A stretch of DNA of 63,992 nt, the filler included, from Acetivibrio sp. (lineage in GTDB: Bacteria; Bacillota; Clostridia; Acetivibrionales; Acetivibrionaceae), in the NCBI RefSeq assembly GCF_035371925.1. It is 11 parts of 11 records of this genome, joined end to end, with 100 filler letters (N's around TTAATTAATTAA, not from the genome) between each part and the next. Parts side by side here need not be neighbours in the genome. Positions count along the whole stretch, not along the records: positions 61,373 to 63,992 come from NZ_DAORXT010000167.1; 10 more parts are not named here. One strand, given 5' to 3'. Of this stretch, positions 61,431 through 63,992 are shown in pieces. The first letter of the stretch is position 1. Every line of letters begins with the position of its first letter. The notes under the pieces were generated by a model that was not told where the DNA came from, ran no database searches, and was given only the letters and a program-made list of their open reading frames with translations. A program made the translations under genes and the position numbers.

Positions 61431-62219
61431 TTGCGTGATGATTTTGATTTATTGATATATGAATTTCCCGAAAATAACGACATTAAGATTTACCCTATAT
61501 CTGACCTACACATTGGTGCTAAGGAATGTATGTTAGAAACTTGGAAAAGTTTCGTTAGGCAATTAAAAAAAGAGCAAAACTCCTATATAACCATTCAAGG
61601 CGACATGATGAATAATGGGATAAAAAGCTCGGTGACAAATATTTACGAGGAAACAATGACACCGATGGAACAGAAAAAATGGCTGGCCGATCAGTTAAGC
61701 GACATAAAAGATAAAATCTTATGCGTGGTTCCGGGAAACCACGAAAACAGAAGCAAAAAAGAAGTTGACGATCATCCTTTGTACGATGTGTGCTGTAAAT
61801 TGGATATTGAAGATAGGTATAGGGAAAATGCGGCTTTCATTGTAGTTCGTATTGGGGATAAAGACGGATCAGGGACTAGAAACCCCACTTATACGATGTG
61901 CGTAATACACGGGTTTGGCGGTGGGATTTACACAGGCGCAAGCGTCAATCGGAATGAGAGATTCGGCACCGTTATAGACAACCTGGATATTTTAATAGTT
62001 GGCCATGCTCATAAAGTGGTCTTAACAAAACCGGAGAAAATTGTTATAGATATTCAAAACAAGAAAGTGTCTTACAAACCTTTTAACTTAGTGCAAGCAA
62101 CAGCGTGGACGAAATACGGAGGATATACTTTACGAAAACAAATGTTGCCTGGTTCTCATGCTTTGCAGGAGATAATTTTAAGGGGTAATAGGAAAAGCGT
62201 AAGGGTGGCGATGGAATAA
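61431..62219 (+). CDS. Calcineurin-like metallophosphoesterase (phage-associated)
   Basis: DLHIG, GDMMNN, GNHE, HG, GHAH. Confidence 0.88.
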   Translation: MRDDFDLLIYEFPENNDIKIYPISDLHIGAKECMLETWKSFVRQLKKEQNSYITIQGDMMNNGIKSSVTNIYEETMTPMEQKKWLADQLSDIKDKILCVVPGNHENRSKKEVDDHPLYDVCCKLDIEDRYRENAAFIVVRIGDKDGSGTRNPTYTMCVIHGFGGGIYTGASVNRNERFGTVIDNLDILIVGHAHKVVLTKPEKIVIDIQNKKVSYKPFNLVQATAWTKYGGYTLRKQMLPGSHALQEIILRGNRKSVRVAME

Positions 62220-62536
62220 TGGAAAAACTCGTTTATATATGTCATGAATTCGGTGGCAAACAAGAAAATGCAGATAAAGTTGCAACACTTATTAAAAAAT
62301 TAATCGCAATACATCCTAATATTTGTTTTCTTTCGCCTCACCATGCGACAGGCTTTTTCTATCATGATGTCAGTTATGAGAAGGGAATGGAATATTGCTT
62401 AACCTTACTAGATATGTGCGACGAGATGTGGACGTTTGGCAGCAAGAGTATGAGTAAGGGTTGTATGATTGAAAAAGATTACTGCAAAAGGTACAAAATA
62501 CCTATTATAGAAATGGGTGACTATAAGGATGAGTAG
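62219..62536 (+). CDS. DUF4406-like / nucleoside 2-deoxyribosyltransferase-fold protein
   Basis: VYICH, LSPHH, CLTLLDMCDEMW, SKGCMIE, KIPII. Confidence 0.7.
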   Translation: MEKLVYICHEFGGKQENADKVATLIKKLIAIHPNICFLSPHHATGFFYHDVSYEKGMEYCLTLLDMCDEMWTFGSKSMSKGCMIEKDYCKRYKIPIIEMGDYKDE

Positions 62537-63941
62537 AACATTGTTTGGCCGAGAAGTTTTATATTCTGCGGAAAGCGAAATAACGGCAGGCAACCTTATT
62601 GATGTCTTGAACAAGGTGCTGCCTATTCATAATCAAAATAGCCTTGAGATTGATTATTTATATAAATATTATCGTGGAAGGCAGCCAATTTTGGACAGGC
62701 AAAAACAAATACGTCCTGAAATTTGTAATAAGATTGTTGAGAATCACGCTTATGAAATAGTGGACTTTAAAAAGGGTTACGTTTTTGGTGAACCGGTTCA
62801 ATATGTGCGCCGCGGAGAAGGCATAGAAGAAAATAAGATACCATTGCTCAATAATTATATGTTTATGGCCGATAAGGCCCAAAAAGACAAAGAATTAGCC
62901 GAATGGTTTTATATTTGTGGAACGGCTTATCGAATGGTATTGCCGGGTGATAATGAAGATGTTCCTTTTGAAATAGACACTCTTGATCCAAGATATGCAT
63001 TTGTGGTTTATAATAATGGCTTTGGAAAAAGACCATTGATGGCAGGCAAATATGTAATAACCAAAACGCCTGCCGGGGAAGAAAAAGAATTGTATAGCAT
63101 ATATACCCCTACCACTTATTTCGAGGTAATGGACAATGAGATTATAAAGAATGAGCCTCATGCTTTGGGCTATATACCAATAATTGAATATCCCGCTAAT
63201 ATGTCGAGATTGGGAGCTTTTGAGATTGTTCTTCCTTTGCTTGATGCTCTTAATAATACAATCTCGAACAGGATGGATGGTATTGAACAGTTTATCCAAT
63301 CTTTTATGAAGTTTGTCAATTGTGACATCGATGAAGAAACATTTTTGGCCTTAAAAGAATTGGGAGCATTAAAAGTAAAAAGCGATTCTACCAATCCGGC
63401 TGATGTAGACATAATTTCTCAAGAATTAGATCAAAGCCAGACGCAAATAACCAAAGATGATATTTATAGAACCATTCTTATCATTTGTGGTATGCCGGAC
63501 AGACATCAAAACGCAAGGTCTACCAGCGATACTGGAAACGCTGTATTACTTAGGGATGGATGGAGCGCGGCCGAAGCCAGGGCAAGGGATACTGAGCTTA
63601 TATTTAAGAGTTCGGAAAAGCAATTTTTAAAGGTAGTATTGAGGATTTTAAAAGATGTATCAGGAATAGATATAAAGCTTAGCGAGATAGATATTAAATT
63701 TACTAGAAATAAGACAGATAATTTGCTGGTTAAAACACAAGGATTGCAGAACATGCTTGAAGCGGGCATCCACCCGCAAATAGCAATTACTACCTGTGGA
63801 CTGTTCAGTGATCCTGAGCAAGTATATATTGATTCCCAGGAATACCTTGAGAAATGGAGAACTGCTGAGGCAACATCGACGCCTGGGAATAACAAGCCTA
63901 ATCCTACAGATGCGGACGGTGATGCTATTGAGGGTCGTTAG
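62529..63941 (+). CDS. Phage portal protein, SPP1 Gp6-like
   Basis: YYRGRQPI, NKIVENHAYEIVDFKKGYVFGEPV, LDPRYAFVVY, IPIIEYPAN; ATG overlaps the upstream stop. Confidence 0.9.
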   Translation: MSRTLFGREVLYSAESEITAGNLIDVLNKVLPIHNQNSLEIDYLYKYYRGRQPILDRQKQIRPEICNKIVENHAYEIVDFKKGYVFGEPVQYVRRGEGIEENKIPLLNNYMFMADKAQKDKELAEWFYICGTAYRMVLPGDNEDVPFEIDTLDPRYAFVVYNNGFGKRPLMAGKYVITKTPAGEEKELYSIYTPTTYFEVMDNEIIKNEPHALGYIPIIEYPANMSRLGAFEIVLPLLDALNNTISNRMDGIEQFIQSFMKFVNCDIDEETFLALKELGALKVKSDSTNPADVDIISQELDQSQTQITKDDIYRTILIICGMPDRHQNARSTSDTGNAVLLRDGWSAAEARARDTELIFKSSEKQFLKVVLRILKDVSGIDIKLSEIDIKFTRNKTDNLLVKTQGLQNMLEAGIHPQIAITTCGLFSDPEQVYIDSQEYLEKWRTAEATSTPGNNKPNPTDADGDAIEGR

Positions 63942-63992
63942 GTGCTTGCAATGCGGCAAGCTTCTTGGTAAAATTAAAGGAGAAGCAGAAAT

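Overview
This window is not contiguous genome. It is 11 short contigs, decreasing in size (about 6.5 to 5.4 kb for the nine complete ones), joined by ten artificial 100-bp linkers (N44-TTAATTAATTAA-N44), so adjacency across linkers means nothing. Gene content points to a cellulosome-producing thermophilic clostridium very close to Acetivibrio (Clostridium) thermocellus (OlpA/Orf2p-type anchoring proteins, BglB, PCAT1). Contigs in order: (1) stalk-domain protein, CBM3-CBM4/9-split-VWA protein and GH3 beta-glucosidase; (2) a frameshifted HExxH protein, then a RiPP locus of radical SAM/SPASM-TPR enzyme, peptidase-containing ABC transporter and double-glycine precursor with four Tyr-Gly repeats; (3) MoxR-DUF58-transglutaminase operon; (4) S10 ribosomal operon; (5) response regulator, truncated solute-binding protein, aldo-keto reductase, glutaredoxin and a TIM-barrel/acyl-CoA ligase fusion; (6) Spo0A paralog, HU, fumarate hydratase subunits, purA, tRNA-Lys; (7) tandem RMD1-family genes, PilZ, DUF362, DD-carboxypeptidase; (8) Trk/Ktr genes, tRNA-Val and IS debris; (9) cohesin-SLH anchoring genes and a transglutaminase-like gene behind tandem c-di-GMP-I riboswitches; (10) PadR, glycosyltransferase, oxalate decarboxylase-like bicupin, GNAT and the GSIII C-terminus; (11) a prophage portal module. 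The most interesting candidate is the RiPP locus. Its enzyme resembles tyramine-excising spliceases and its exported peptide carries four xYG motifs, which suggests a multiply beta-amino-acid-spliced secreted peptide. All family assignments come from motif recognition and recall; no database search was run.
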